A stretch of DNA of 64,000 bases, taken from contig JAUFOR010000003.1 of assembly GCA_040285745.1 (NCBI GenBank), positions 124,001 through 188,000 of the forward strand. Direction: 5' to 3'. Origin of the DNA: Barthelona sp. PCE (Eukaryota). The notes under the pieces were generated by a model. It was not told the DNA's origin and did no database searches. It saw nothing but the letters and a program-made list of their open reading frames with translations. Below, piece after piece: positions 1 to 11,562 of this stretch (its first letter is position 1; the number at the start of each line of letters is the position of its first letter). The position numbers and the translations under genes are program-made.

Positions 1-1962
1 AATATAATAACGCACGATATCGAGAACATACATTGATAACCCGACTCCTTCATCAACAAGCACACTGGTCAAGCTAAAGATTTCAATCAGCTGAGGAACA
101 CACTCGTCTGGGACTGTTCTCAACAGTGCCATCCATAAATCTATAATAGCTCCACTTACAACGTAAAGTCCGTCATACTCGAAATTGACGCACTCACGGA
201 TGATACCAATAGCTGCGTCAAGAATCTCAGAGACACTTTCACGAAGGCAGTACACAAGATGGATAAGGACATGTATCAGACTGCTACGAATGAAATGAAC
301 GTTAGGATAGCTTGACCATAGCTGATCGAAACAATCGAGTAGAGGTGCAGAATGTTCGGCTAGCGTTCCCTGTAACCAATCTGCAATCTTCACTAGAAAG
401 ACAAGCAGGTTGCCGATTACAGTAGCGGACTCCAATTGTGAGATGAACTGTGAGATGCTTTCGAATGCACTACCTAAAACTTCAATCACCGTTTCGTTGT
501 TTGACATGACTATGTTACAGAACATACTAGTGCTCAGGATCTTCTCCAAACATGATGAGGCACGTGTGCAAACAACAAGATCGTCTGACAACAGTAAAGA
601 AAACGCATGCTCCACAATAGTGACCATAATACTTTCGTCGATACCATTGTGTGTTGCAATGTATTCTCCTAATAGAAGCATAGAAAAATCATTAATGGAT
701 GTAGATTCCATGCTCTCTATCCAATTATATACGTTCAACATACTCCCGTAATCATTCATCTTACAGACAATAGCAGCGGTAGCAAACGCTATCTCATCAT
801 TTATATCATCGAATGCTTCCAATGTCAGAACGTCGGAGATAAAACCCTTGGGCTGTAGAGTATAAAACTCATGAATCAAACGAAGTGCTGCCTGCCTGGC
901 TGAGTTCTCCATGCTTTCCATTAGAAAATCTGCAGCACACTCCTCAGGATCCTCAATCCATCGGGATAACTCGTGTGTTGAGAGTTTTGTAAGGCTGTAA
1001 CATACATGATACAAAGAATCAAGTGTCTCGTCGTCCATGTTTTTAACGATAGAGGAATTATATTCGCTTAATTTAAGAATGCAATCAACGGATATTACAA
1101 TAAAGAATATTTCTTCATAACCGCATTCAGAAATATTCCGTTCACGGGAAAAAACAAATATAGAATCCAGAATTGCGTTAAAAAGATCTGTGATTTCCTC
1201 CAAAGATAGCTCATATGAATATGTAGCTAATACACTAACGTAATCCATTATAAGGTTAACCAACGATGGTGTAGCCACATAAACCTCCTGTAAAAGGTGC
1301 TTGGCATAAGGAATAAACGATTTGAGCATACTAGAATTAAACATAGTAATGTATTCAACAACGAAAGTCTTCAATGTTGAAAGAGCAACCATTTTTTTAT
1401 CCTCAAAAAAATTGTCGATAACAGACATGATATTTTCTGTATGCTCCTCACAAAATTCTCTGAACAAAACTCGTGCTTTAGAAAGACGATTTCCACCAAA
1501 TTTTTTCATCGTCTGGTGCAATAAATGAAGCATATGGGTAGTATTTTGACAGTCTGTGTCACCCAATGCCTCTGCAAACAGTTCCAAAAAATTATAATTA
1601 GTGGGAAAAAGATAATAAAATACTTCAACCATCATATTAGCATAGTTATCAAGGAAGTTATCATTATTATCTTCCTCTATCTCAAAATACGTGGGCACAA
1701 TGCCCTCCAAAAAGTCAACAATAACGTCAACTCCATATTCCTTTATCCAACTACGAATGTACTTAGTTAAATGGTTTTTAAGGACAACTAGTCCTAGAAG
1801 TGCACCTGAATCCCCTGATGCACAAGAACTAAGTTGCTCTTGTAACCATTCAAAAACTGCAACAGCAAATTCTGGAGTATTTTGCTCATTGATAAATGCT
1901 TCGGCTTCATCAATAGTCTTTGAATCCTGCAGTTGCAGAAATAGTTCATCTAAATCTGTCAT
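1..1962 (-). CDS. IPO11: Importin-11 (Kap120)-like karyopherin, 3' end runs off the window
   Basis: Absent from the ORF track, presumably because it has no stop inside the window. ATG at 1962 gives MTDLDELFLQ. It has IBN_N-like LLGLVVLKNHLTKY, WIEDPEE...SARQAA, and importin-11-like DDLVVCTRASSCL, HFIRSSLIHVLIHLV and IDLWMALLRT. Frame checked at both ends, not codon by codon throughout. Confidence 0.75.
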   Translation of the reverse strand, partial: MTDLDELFLQLQDSKTIDEAEAFINEQNTPEFAVAVFEWLQEQLSSCASGDSGALLGLVVLKNHLTKYIRSWIKEYGVDVIVDFLEGIVPTYFEIEEDNNDNFLDNYANMMVEVFYYLFPTNYNFLELFAEALGDTDCQNTTHMLHLLHQTMKKFGGNRLSKARVLFREFCEEHTENIMSVIDNFFEDKKMVALSTLKTFVVEYITMFNSSMLKSFIPYAKHLLQEVYVATPSLVNLIMDYVSVLATYSYELSLEEITDLFNAILDSIFVFSRERNISECGYEEIFFIVISVDCILKLSEYNSSIVKNMDDETLDSLYHVCYSLTKLSTHELSRWIEDPEECAADFLMESMENSARQAALRLIHEFYTLQPKGFISDVLTLEAFDDINDEIAFATAAIVCKMNDYGSMLNVYNWIESMESTSINDFSMLLLGEYIATHNGIDESIMVTIVEHAFSLLLSDDLVVCTRASSCLEKILSTSMFCNIVMSNNETVIEVLGSAFESISQFISQLESATVIGNLLVFLVKIADWLQGTLAEHSAPLLDCFDQLWSSYPNVHFIRSSLIHVLIHLVYCLRESVSEILDAAIGIIRECVNFEYDGLYVVSGAIIDLWMALLRTVPDECVPQLIEIFSLTSVLVDEGVGLSMYVLDIVRYYI

Positions 1963-2019
1963 TATGTGAAAAGAAGGTTAAAAGAAAAAACAAACTTGAG
2001 CTAAAGTTCAATATTACGT

Positions 2020-5000
2020 TTACAACAAATCTTGAAGTTGAAGATCTTCTTTCTCAACATCAATTGCCTCTTCTGAACCAACAGAATCATTATCAAACTC
2101 AAGAGCTGTTGTGGCTGGTGAAACAGGTTCAATCCTAAAAGTTGGCCTACTCAACAATTTCTCTATACGATCCGTTGCTGAACTATAGCTATCAGTAGAT
2201 GACTTCGTCCTATCAATGTAAGGTGTGTACATGATCTTTGGTGGAGGTGCATGCGCTGATTCTTGTACAGCACTCGAATCAGTGGTGGTATAATAGTGCA
2301 ATGTTGACTTTAATGAATGATTTTCTTTCTCCAGTTCCTTCAAGCTCTCATTTTCAAGTCGCCTAGTTGTAGCAATGGCTGAAATACGTGCATTTTCAGT
2401 GTACTGTTGTTCTATGGCATTATTCAGCGAATTAACATTACGCCTTAAATTAATCGCATCAGAGTGGAGCTGTGAACGAGATTGCTGAAGCGAGTTCGTG
2501 AGGTATCGTTCTGTTTCTAATGTGTGAATCAAAGACTGCACTTGACTACTTTGGTTACTAAGTTGAAGTTGCATAGAAGCACGATCTGCCAATGTTGATG
2601 AATAATCATCATAAATCTTCTTGTTTTGTTTGGTAAGTGCCTTTTCCCGGGCCTGAAGCTCTTTTACGTGTTGTAATTGTTTGCGCAACACAATACTCTT
2701 CCACTGAGATACATATCTGCGAAGAATACTGAAGCCAAGTTTGCCTGAAAATCCATTTTCAAGCTTACCAAGAACCAAGACATGCGAAGCCTTATTTCTC
2801 CAAACGCGGATCAAACCTGCAGCTCTTTGTTTTCTCTTCTCATGCAGCAATTTCTGTGCAAGAAGCAATTTCTTGTTATCGAATCTGTTCAACATACCAG
2901 TACGTTTCCACGCATGGAAAGCTGCCCTCTTTGACTTCAAAAGGCTGCGTTCGACAAAGTCTTGGATCGCTTCTTTGCGTGTTAGAGCTTCATCCCATTT
3001 CCTGAGAGTCCTCCTCTTCAACAGTTCACTGCGGAACGTGTCAGCTGAAAGAGTGAACATTGCATTGCGTTTTCTGCGCATATCAAGTTCTAGCAACTGA
3101 CTGTGAATCCAAAGCATAAGACGCTTTCTACGGTGCTCGTCAGCAGCATTCTCCTGCTCCTTTTTGAGCTCTAGGGCTTGGTGATGACTCAGTATAACAC
3201 CGTATAGGCGACGATAAGATTTCGCTTTAATGTAGTCATTGCACATACGTTGGAGGATAGAGTTCCTTTCAGCGTCAACCTTGAAAACATGGAGCCTTCC
3301 CTTCAGGATATCAATACATGACCGAAGTGCTGAACGCCCGCGGGCCTTCTTCACTGTAATCAAACGATCCATGAATTTGCGCTGATGAACTAGCTCATTT
3401 TCAGAAAGGGTGCCTTCAACCAGCAGCAACTTCTCGTAGTAGTCTTGGTTACGCAACACATCCTCTCTACGTTCCCCAAACGCCTCAATGTCGAGGATAC
3501 GTCTGTGTAGCATATTGTTTTCGGCTTGTACGGAGACCGAATCCTCCAGCTGCTCTGTCAGTTCGCTATTCAATCGCTCAAGATCGGCAATGCGTTTCTC
3601 AAGCTCTGAGTTGGACTCCTGCATCGACCTTAGCTTGTCTACAACATGTTTGCTGGGTGCAATATTAAGTTTTTGGTGTTGCATCACCTTCTTAACGTTG
3701 TTTGTCGATTTTTTTTCCTTATGTACATGCGGTTTAGCCCTGTCAGCACGTGGCTTCTCCTTCTTGACCTTCTTATCCTTCTGCTTTGACTCCCGATTTC
3801 GCTGTGCTCGAGTCTTCGGTGAAGAAAGCGCGGTACCGTTAGTGATCGATTCTGTTATGTGACTTCTGTCCTTTCCACCACCAAAAACGTATTGTCCGTA
3901 ACCCACTCGCTCTGGGATGTGTTCCTTTTGCGGTTTACGCTTCTTCTTTCCTCGCTTAACATGAGCAGGAGCACGAGGCAATGAAGTTAATGCTTCACTA
4001 CGCTGAGGACCCATCGGATATGCTGTGGGTCTTTCTTCTGGTTCGTAAGCGTCAGTGTTACCATCGCTGTCAAACGCCTGCATCTGATTAACCTCCGAAG
4101 AAGGTGTGGGTTTCTGCATTCGAGGAGATGATGTTTGTTCATTTCTCAGCTCCTCTACTGCCTCCTCAATAGCCTCCTCAATAGCTTCCATCACGTCTGT
4201 CTGAGTCCTAAGGGGAGTCATTGGTATATCTACATCAGTGATTGCCTTTGAACGATCAATGACCGGTGATGGATTCACCAGTGTTTCAAGGGTAATTGGA
4301 TTCGGATCTAACTGTTTAATAAGAGATCCAATGGAGTTCTGTGTGTCTGTGACTTCAAGTGGGGCTATATATGCCTTGTTCTTTCTTTTCCTAATAGTGT
4401 CACTGCTTTTGACATACCTTGGTGCACACACTTCTTGAAAATAATGCAGCATCTGTGCCACCACCATCTCTATATTTGCTAAATACTCTGATGTTCCCTT
4501 AATCCAAGACTTGAACGGACGCGTTTTTCTGTACTTAACACTCTCGCCCAATTTGTACATAACTGACTCTAAAAGACATGCTTGCGTCGCGATATGCTCG
4601 TTGGGGATAAGAAGCAAAAGGCGCGAGAGGGATGGGATCTGAGTTGGTGGATCTGGAAGCATTGAAGATATAAAACCAATTTGAGGGTTGTACCATATAT
4701 CACGTAGAGATTCATTAAGACGCATCATGTTGTTGATGATGCGCAACTTCTCAAGCTTATAAGTATTTTCTATCAAAACTTGAGAGAAAACTGCAAATTT
4801 TTCTAGTGCAGTTTTTCCTTTTTTTCTCATCTCTTTATCAATTGGGATACCATCTAGTATCGTAAGTGTTGGAAGTTGCTCAAGTACATGGGCAAAATAG
4901 AACGGTCGACGTGTAATATCAGTAAAATCGAAAGAAAGTACTCGTAACTTCTTTAGACTCGTCAAATGACTAATCTGCTGTAGATCCTCGATTGGGTTGC

Positions 5001-5256
5001 GGTTGAGGGTGAGAACTTCTAGGTTTTGGAACTGTTCTACGCCTTCCAAAGAATAAATGGCGTTATCGCTTAAATAAAGCCCTGTAATATCTTTAGCGAT
5101 ATTTTCGTCCAGCTTATCGATCTGATCGATGTCGCAATCAACAGCCTGAATCAGACCATTGGTTATTGATGCTCGATTTTCAACATTACTGAGCGCATGG
5201 CTTAATTTGAAATAGTGCGTAATTATGCTCTTGTCTAGGATATCAGCATCGCTCAT
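2020..5256 (-). CDS. LRR and coiled-coil protein, likely centrosomal/basal body
   Basis: 1078 aa. N-terminal LRRs (LYLSDNAIYSL, LTLNRNPIEDL), LRRcap-like YFAHVLEQLPTLTILDG, long coiled coils and Sfi1-like W repeats (AFHAWK, IRVWR, VSQWK). Confidence 0.75.
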   Translation of the reverse strand: MSDADILDKSIITHYFKLSHALSNVENRASITNGLIQAVDCDIDQIDKLDENIAKDITGLYLSDNAIYSLEGVEQFQNLEVLTLNRNPIEDLQQISHLTSLKKLRVLSFDFTDITRRPFYFAHVLEQLPTLTILDGIPIDKEMRKKGKTALEKFAVFSQVLIENTYKLEKLRIINNMMRLNESLRDIWYNPQIGFISSMLPDPPTQIPSLSRLLLLIPNEHIATQACLLESVMYKLGESVKYRKTRPFKSWIKGTSEYLANIEMVVAQMLHYFQEVCAPRYVKSSDTIRKRKNKAYIAPLEVTDTQNSIGSLIKQLDPNPITLETLVNPSPVIDRSKAITDVDIPMTPLRTQTDVMEAIEEAIEEAVEELRNEQTSSPRMQKPTPSSEVNQMQAFDSDGNTDAYEPEERPTAYPMGPQRSEALTSLPRAPAHVKRGKKKRKPQKEHIPERVGYGQYVFGGGKDRSHITESITNGTALSSPKTRAQRNRESKQKDKKVKKEKPRADRAKPHVHKEKKSTNNVKKVMQHQKLNIAPSKHVVDKLRSMQESNSELEKRIADLERLNSELTEQLEDSVSVQAENNMLHRRILDIEAFGERREDVLRNQDYYEKLLLVEGTLSENELVHQRKFMDRLITVKKARGRSALRSCIDILKGRLHVFKVDAERNSILQRMCNDYIKAKSYRRLYGVILSHHQALELKKEQENAADEHRRKRLMLWIHSQLLELDMRRKRNAMFTLSADTFRSELLKRRTLRKWDEALTRKEAIQDFVERSLLKSKRAAFHAWKRTGMLNRFDNKKLLLAQKLLHEKRKQRAAGLIRVWRNKASHVLVLGKLENGFSGKLGFSILRRYVSQWKSIVLRKQLQHVKELQAREKALTKQNKKIYDDYSSTLADRASMQLQLSNQSSQVQSLIHTLETERYLTNSLQQSRSQLHSDAINLRRNVNSLNNAIEQQYTENARISAIATTRRLENESLKELEKENHSLKSTLHYYTTTDSSAVQESAHAPPPKIMYTPYIDRTKSSTDSYSSATDRIEKLLSRPTFRIEPVSPATTALEFDNDSVGSEEAIDVEKEDLQLQDLL

Positions 5257-5948
5257 TGTACGAGTTCACGCGAATAAAAGCGTGAAAGTTAAGGGAGAAG
5301 GATGAAATTCTGAAAACATGCAGCAAACGTATATATGATATATGAATGATTCGCTGTTCAGAATATAGCGAGTAAATAACATTTACTCCAAAATATTGAT
5401 TGTAATATGGATTGCTTCAAGCCTGCAATTTTTTTCCACATAAATTGTGCTTTACTGGAACTAATTTGTTTTCATACATGATAACCTTAAACGTTTTACA
5501 ATTTTTACGCATACAAACTCCGAACATAAAAATGAGCTTGTCAAAAAAAGTTGATATCCAGCATGAACATTAAAATTCTGGACAAAATAAGCACATATTC
5601 CGTAAAATGTACTTTAAGTTTCTCTTTTGTTGACTCTTTAAAATACTATGCAAGAAATACTCTAGATGAAAATAAATCATCCTCTGTTAACGAAGAATCA
5701 ATCATAAATGGTATAAACAAAAATCCCAAGCATTTTACTCCTCAATATGCTGTGAAAATTAGCAAATTTCCAAACTTTGGTGAATAGAAACATTTCAAGT
5801 TTTAGTTTCGAATTGATGACAATAACCCTCCTAAAAAATGTTAACTTTCCGATCTACACTGACACTTTCATACAAAAATCCCAAAATTGGTTTCAAAATA
5901 GTGTTTTGCCATATCTCACTTAGCTTACTTCCATTCATTTAAAATATC

Positions 5949-8900
5949 ATGAGCGATTTCGACAGTGAAGCAGAAGAGCGCGATCCCACATTGCTTGAAT
6001 GTTTACCATCGCAACATTACCTCTTCAGTACCAGTACGGAATTTCTCGCGTATCTAGAGATATCTAAGACGCTGTTCTTGGACCACTTCCCGTTCAGAGT
6101 CATCGAAGGCATTCTCAACACATTATCAAAGAAATATGAATGGATGAATCGACGTTATAAGGATAACGAGTTGCGTGTAGCCCCATTTGTACCATATTTC
6201 CGCTCATTCTCACGCGAGAAGGTCGATCCATTCACAATGATTTCAAAATACAGCAAATCTCCTTTGAAAATGCGCAAGTGCACAATGGGTATTTATGCTA
6301 GTTTTTCCAATAGAAGATGTATAGAAGAGCTTATCTTCCACTTCTCAAGGGCACTTGTTGATGAACAGACGGCATCAGAGTTTTTGGTCGATTTCTACAC
6401 TATTCTTAAGCAGCAGAGTCATTCTCCCAATCTTCCTCTGACTGCCCCTGATGTCAGCGTCGGTACCCCCACGAAGAACGACCTGGAAAAGACAAAGAAA
6501 CGTCTTTTAGCTGATACTCCAGCACTTGACCGAACAACTAGTCTTACAAAAACTGCTATTCTCCCTGCTGAATCAAGACTTCATATCCTCAGCGAACTCA
6601 TCGCCCCCGCTATGGACACAAACATCCGTTTCACAGAGTCTGTTGTTGTTTCTGTTCTGAGCTATTTTGCAGTCAAGTCAATATTCCAAAAAAGCCCTTC
6701 ACTTTTCATCTCCACACGTGCAGGTGTCGTCCGTATAGTTGTTCCTGACCACGTCAAGACCATGTTTGAGCTGTGCACAATTGTTTGCGAGGCAATATTT
6801 ACCACTAAACCAGTTCTTATGCTGGCTTCAGCGCAAGAGCAAGGTGAGCAGGAAGAAGAGCAGGAAGAGAGACTCGACTTAATAGTTTCATTCACAAAAT
6901 GCACGTTTTCACAGCCCTTACATATTGTATCTCTTCGTAAGGAATCTAGAGTAAGTTTCAACTATGTATTTAATAATGACGGGTCAACAAACATCTCATG
7001 CACTGGCCCACACGCTGATGTGTTGCTCCTTGAGCTTGAAGAGCACTTACACACACTCCATCTTGAGTTCCCCACCCCTATCACAATGGACACACTTCTC
7101 CCACCTTCTGCGTATAAGTCTATTAAGAAGTTAGACGCTGCCCTCGCCAGCAAGGGTCTGGATTTCTTCTCAATGACTTCCGAGGGTAGTTCTTTGTTAC
7201 ACGAGGCTGTCGAACATGGTGACTCTGCCATTGTCAAGTATCTCATCGAAAAGGGAGCTCTATTAGTGCCCAATAGTCACAGTCTATCTCCACTGCACAT
7301 TGCTGCCTCAAGAGTAGATCAAAAAGTTTTCCAGGCTCTCGAAACACACCCTTCTTTCGATTCCTGTGTTCACTTCTCTGATGAGAACGGCTGGCAAGCT
7401 TTGCATTACGCATGTCGTGTGCATAACTTCAGTGCCATCCAGTGTCTCATGAATCACATGGACAAGAGCACAATATTCGATGTGCTCCCTGCTGAACTGC
7501 TGCTGAAAATCTCTGTTGCAGAGAATGATCGTGGTATGTATATTAAAACTGCGCTCCGTGTCATAAAGGAGCTCAACCCTAAGAACTTGTCACCAATGGT
7601 GTTATACTTCGCTGTCCTCCATAACTTTGCTGATGTGTACACTGCTATATTGGAAGTCAAGCCCGATATCATTGTGTTACCTCCCACCCTGTGTCAAATG
7701 GTTAACAATGGTCTGTACAGTTTGCTTGGAGCAACGTTGCGCAAGAACCCTGAATATCTTCAACTTGACCATATGGGACGAACTGTACTTCATCACCTCA
7801 TAGCTGAGGGGACACCTGATGCCCTCGACGTATTTGTGGATCTGTTCGTCGAGAAAATCGCACTCAAGATCGACCAGGAGGATGTTGCCGGTCACGCTGC
7901 TCTTGAGTACGCATTCCTCAGTTCATGCACACCTAACCCAGATGCGGTAAGCAAAATGCAAGATAGACCCGAGCCGCTCCTTTCCATCGAGCAGCTGGAG
8001 CTGTTTATGGATCGACCATTTGCGATGATGCTCATTTTGATGGGTTCAGTCGCACACAGTGCTATTACGATGCTCCTCCACACATCCGACTTGAGCGGGT
8101 CAATGCTGGAGAAATGGCTCACTTATCTGGGCAACGGTGGTTTCCCTGTAGAACAGTTCACTCGACCCGGTGCAGGTGAAGCTTCCACAGATCGTCTTTT
8201 CTCATGTTTCCTTGAGTTTTCGGTTGTGGACGAAGAGAGTCTTGTGAATACTAACGAATTGTTCAACGATGTACAAGCGTTTTCTCACCTTTTCTTTAAG
8301 CGTTACCGTTACACACATGAGTCATCAATTGAGACTGTGGTGAAGAACATAGACTGGACTGTCACCGATGCTTTTGGACGATCACCCATGTCATATGCCT
8401 TGGAGAACACGAGGGTTCCGCTTGAGAAGCTGCCCATCCAAAAAATGCTCTTGAGAACAACCGAAAACGAAGAGGAAGAAGCCATGGAACTACCTGTTGA
8501 TTTTGATATCATGCTTGGCCTATACCTACGCCGAGAAAGAGATGTTACAACAATCCTCAAGTTCTTGGAAATCAAGCCACCAACATTCGACGATCTGTGC
8601 ACACTTCTTGCCAGCGAACCTTCTATTGTCGGCAAAGAAAGCGATTGTGATCTCGTTGAGTACCGCCGCTTCCTCACAAGCAACCCTCCGATCAAGCATC
8701 ACCTCTACTTCTTGTATCAGATCATGTTACGTTCGGGCGTTGTTGTTGATGATGAACGACTCAACCCATTGCTCATTCGTCATGGATTCCCTGTTGACGA
8801 TTCAGCCACAGTAACTGATGGTATGGTTCAACAGGGAGTGTATAACAGTGACTTTACGTATGCCATTCAGAAACCTCAATTCATGATTATGACCCCCGCA

Positions 8901-11486
8901 ACGATATATGACTACAGTCCTGAAGCAATGATTGCTTACATCGATTACATCAGCAAAGATCGATCTAAGGTATATAACCTGTTCAAAGACTATGTTGAGA
9001 ACATGTACGTAACAGACATGTCACCATTAATCCTTGATCGATTCATTTCGTTCCTGGGTGAGGACTGTATCTGTCTTTTACGTCGCGTCCAGGCAAACTG
9101 TATCAGACTTTGCTACCGTGATGTTGAAGATGATGACAACGAACGCGATTTAACACACCTCAACAAACTTATGAAGATTGGTCTGAAGTGCTGTCCCTTA
9201 GATGTTGGAATGCTGATGCAATACGCACCTACCGATTGTCACGATATCGCATCCCTCATTCAAATGACTGACCCTGTTGTCAGGGAGATGTCCCACAGTC
9301 AGCGCCGCCTCATGCATCTTGCGCTTCGTCTTAAGGGGAGCGATGCTCTTGATTATATCAAAGATCACAGCCTGAGGCTGCGTATGGGTAACACTTTGTT
9401 ACATACCATGGCTCGCCGTGGTCGAATCGATGAGGTGAAGCATATCATCGAGCACTATGATGTCAACGTTACTAATATTTACGGTGAGACTCCCTTGCAC
9501 ATGGCTGCGCGTACACTAAACCAACCTCTTGTTGAATTCTTGATCAATGAAGGCGCTAATCCAAATGCCCGCTCTATACACAGCTGGACACCTCTTCATG
9601 AAGCATTGCTGTTCTCATCCAACTCTATTTGCAGGTTGTTACTCAACAGAGTTTCTACTGGTGTTGTTAACTATGCTCTACTGAAGCGTAACCCACGCGG
9701 AAAGGATCGTTCAGCTCTTACACTCGCGTTAGTTAAGAGAAGAACTGGTATCGTCAAACAACTCCGTGAAATGGGTGCATCACTGTACTTCTACGACGAG
9801 TGCGGTGTTTCCACCTTCTTCTATTTCTTATTATCTGATATGAAGCAGTATTACCCATCACCGCTAGATGCAACACAGGGAGAGTCAACACCATTACATT
9901 GGGCTGCTCTCACACGTAACACATCTTATGCCCGTCAACTCCTGGGGCTTGATCCCCTTGAAGCACCAGATGAGCACGAGATGGAGGAACCCCTAACAGC
10001 AAGGGACAGAAAGCCAGACTATCACTTTGTTGGAGAGGGTGGCATGACCCGCATCGACGGTGGAGCCGATCCAGTAGCTTCAATTCCAGTCATGACTTCA
10101 GAACCTACAAAAACTGATGAGGATACCGCTTTAGTTGATGTATATGCGCTCAACGTTAACGGACATTCAGCACTTGATTTTGCTCTCAAATACAGCGCTC
10201 CAGAGATCCAGCAGCTGCTGTTGGAGGCTGGAGCAAAGGGTACATATCATAGCATCGCCATGCTTTACAGACTGCATCGTGCACGCACAATCAGCCGTTC
10301 TGTACCTCTTCCTCGCAAGGATGTTTCTGTTTTGATGAGTAAGATGGACTTTGCAACATTCCAACGGGAGGAACATGGTGACTTTGATCAGGTTATGGAC
10401 TTTGTGGTTCGTTTCACAATTACTGATGCGGTTGCTCTTCAGGGATTGATTCAGACATTGAAGTACCGTCTTAATGATGGGCATCTTTCAACCCTACAGT
10501 TCTTCCTACGCAGTGGAAATGCCGAAGCCATTGAGATAGCACTCAAGTCTTTCCCGTCAGAGCACCTACAATCACCCCAATTGTTCTCGGTTGTTCTTCA
10601 CTATAAGTGCGGTTCTGCGCTTGTACATATCCTCGAAAGTGGTTATGCACCTAAGTTGCGTGAGCTTGAGCAAGTATTTGTCAATAAGGATGTGGATACA
10701 CTCAAGGTTTTATTCAAGTACGGAGGTATTGATGCCAGTGAGATCGACTCAAACGGATTTACACCGCTCCACTACATGTCTCTTCTGCCCCTCGAGGAAT
10801 TCACCGATGCAGTTGACACATATAAGGGCTTGAAGGATGTTGCCTCAGTTCAAAAGCTTAGTCCTTTCCACATGGCTGTGTTGAACGGAAACGAGAAACT
10901 GGCACTCTGGTTGATGGAGAACGATGCCAGTGTCACTTCCTTCCCTGAAGTGGAGGGTTTCTGCTCTGCTCCAATGAAGGCTATCTTTGCTTCGGTGCGT
11001 ATGAACATGTATGACTTGACGTTCAAGCTTGCCGAAGGTGCTTCCTACAACTGCTCACTTGACTCTAAAGACGAGCGCAACAATACACTGCTTCACTACG
11101 CTGCTATGGCGTACGCTGAAACCAATGATGGCGATTTGTTCCAAGAGCTGCTGTCAAAGGGTGCTGATTTGATGTCGTCAAACAACTCCGAGGAAACCCC
11201 GAATGAACTACGGGTATCAGGCTCCAACGCCACACCCAGTCTAACATTCCTCCCTGGTTTGCTTCCCGATGATGCAGACTTCACGGGACCAACCTGGTGG
11301 TCACGAAAGATGAAGAGGACAACACCTGAATTCAATAAGAGAGGTGGTATGATCACATGGGGAGGCCTGTTATGGGTCAGTCTTTCTACTGTTCGAGATT
11401 GTGTAGAGTACACTGATCCTTTAACTGGAGAAACGGTCAATAATATCGATTTCTTGCCTGAGGAGGCCAAGGTGTACTTTGAGTAG
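5949..11486 (+). CDS. Large ankyrin-repeat protein
   Basis: 1845 aa with several ankyrin clusters (GSSLLHEAV, SPLHIAA, GETPLHMAA, WTPLHEAL, GFTPLHY, NTLLHYAA). Confidence 0.85.
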   Translation: MSDFDSEAEERDPTLLECLPSQHYLFSTSTEFLAYLEISKTLFLDHFPFRVIEGILNTLSKKYEWMNRRYKDNELRVAPFVPYFRSFSREKVDPFTMISKYSKSPLKMRKCTMGIYASFSNRRCIEELIFHFSRALVDEQTASEFLVDFYTILKQQSHSPNLPLTAPDVSVGTPTKNDLEKTKKRLLADTPALDRTTSLTKTAILPAESRLHILSELIAPAMDTNIRFTESVVVSVLSYFAVKSIFQKSPSLFISTRAGVVRIVVPDHVKTMFELCTIVCEAIFTTKPVLMLASAQEQGEQEEEQEERLDLIVSFTKCTFSQPLHIVSLRKESRVSFNYVFNNDGSTNISCTGPHADVLLLELEEHLHTLHLEFPTPITMDTLLPPSAYKSIKKLDAALASKGLDFFSMTSEGSSLLHEAVEHGDSAIVKYLIEKGALLVPNSHSLSPLHIAASRVDQKVFQALETHPSFDSCVHFSDENGWQALHYACRVHNFSAIQCLMNHMDKSTIFDVLPAELLLKISVAENDRGMYIKTALRVIKELNPKNLSPMVLYFAVLHNFADVYTAILEVKPDIIVLPPTLCQMVNNGLYSLLGATLRKNPEYLQLDHMGRTVLHHLIAEGTPDALDVFVDLFVEKIALKIDQEDVAGHAALEYAFLSSCTPNPDAVSKMQDRPEPLLSIEQLELFMDRPFAMMLILMGSVAHSAITMLLHTSDLSGSMLEKWLTYLGNGGFPVEQFTRPGAGEASTDRLFSCFLEFSVVDEESLVNTNELFNDVQAFSHLFFKRYRYTHESSIETVVKNIDWTVTDAFGRSPMSYALENTRVPLEKLPIQKMLLRTTENEEEEAMELPVDFDIMLGLYLRRERDVTTILKFLEIKPPTFDDLCTLLASEPSIVGKESDCDLVEYRRFLTSNPPIKHHLYFLYQIMLRSGVVVDDERLNPLLIRHGFPVDDSATVTDGMVQQGVYNSDFTYAIQKPQFMIMTPATIYDYSPEAMIAYIDYISKDRSKVYNLFKDYVENMYVTDMSPLILDRFISFLGEDCICLLRRVQANCIRLCYRDVEDDDNERDLTHLNKLMKIGLKCCPLDVGMLMQYAPTDCHDIASLIQMTDPVVREMSHSQRRLMHLALRLKGSDALDYIKDHSLRLRMGNTLLHTMARRGRIDEVKHIIEHYDVNVTNIYGETPLHMAARTLNQPLVEFLINEGANPNARSIHSWTPLHEALLFSSNSICRLLLNRVSTGVVNYALLKRNPRGKDRSALTLALVKRRTGIVKQLREMGASLYFYDECGVSTFFYFLLSDMKQYYPSPLDATQGESTPLHWAALTRNTSYARQLLGLDPLEAPDEHEMEEPLTARDRKPDYHFVGEGGMTRIDGGADPVASIPVMTSEPTKTDEDTALVDVYALNVNGHSALDFALKYSAPEIQQLLLEAGAKGTYHSIAMLYRLHRARTISRSVPLPRKDVSVLMSKMDFATFQREEHGDFDQVMDFVVRFTITDAVALQGLIQTLKYRLNDGHLSTLQFFLRSGNAEAIEIALKSFPSEHLQSPQLFSVVLHYKCGSALVHILESGYAPKLRELEQVFVNKDVDTLKVLFKYGGIDASEIDSNGFTPLHYMSLLPLEEFTDAVDTYKGLKDVASVQKLSPFHMAVLNGNEKLALWLMENDASVTSFPEVEGFCSAPMKAIFASVRMNMYDLTFKLAEGASYNCSLDSKDERNNTLLHYAAMAYAETNDGDLFQELLSKGADLMSSNNSEETPNELRVSGSNATPSLTFLPGLLPDDADFTGPTWWSRKMKRTTPEFNKRGGMITWGGLLWVSLSTVRDCVEYTDPLTGETVNNIDFLPEEAKVYFE

Positions 11487-11562
11487 GCTATTTATGATGT
11501 GTAAACACTATGATATTGTTGAGGGAAAATTTCTATAATATGTTTACTTCCTTGTTTTCTGT

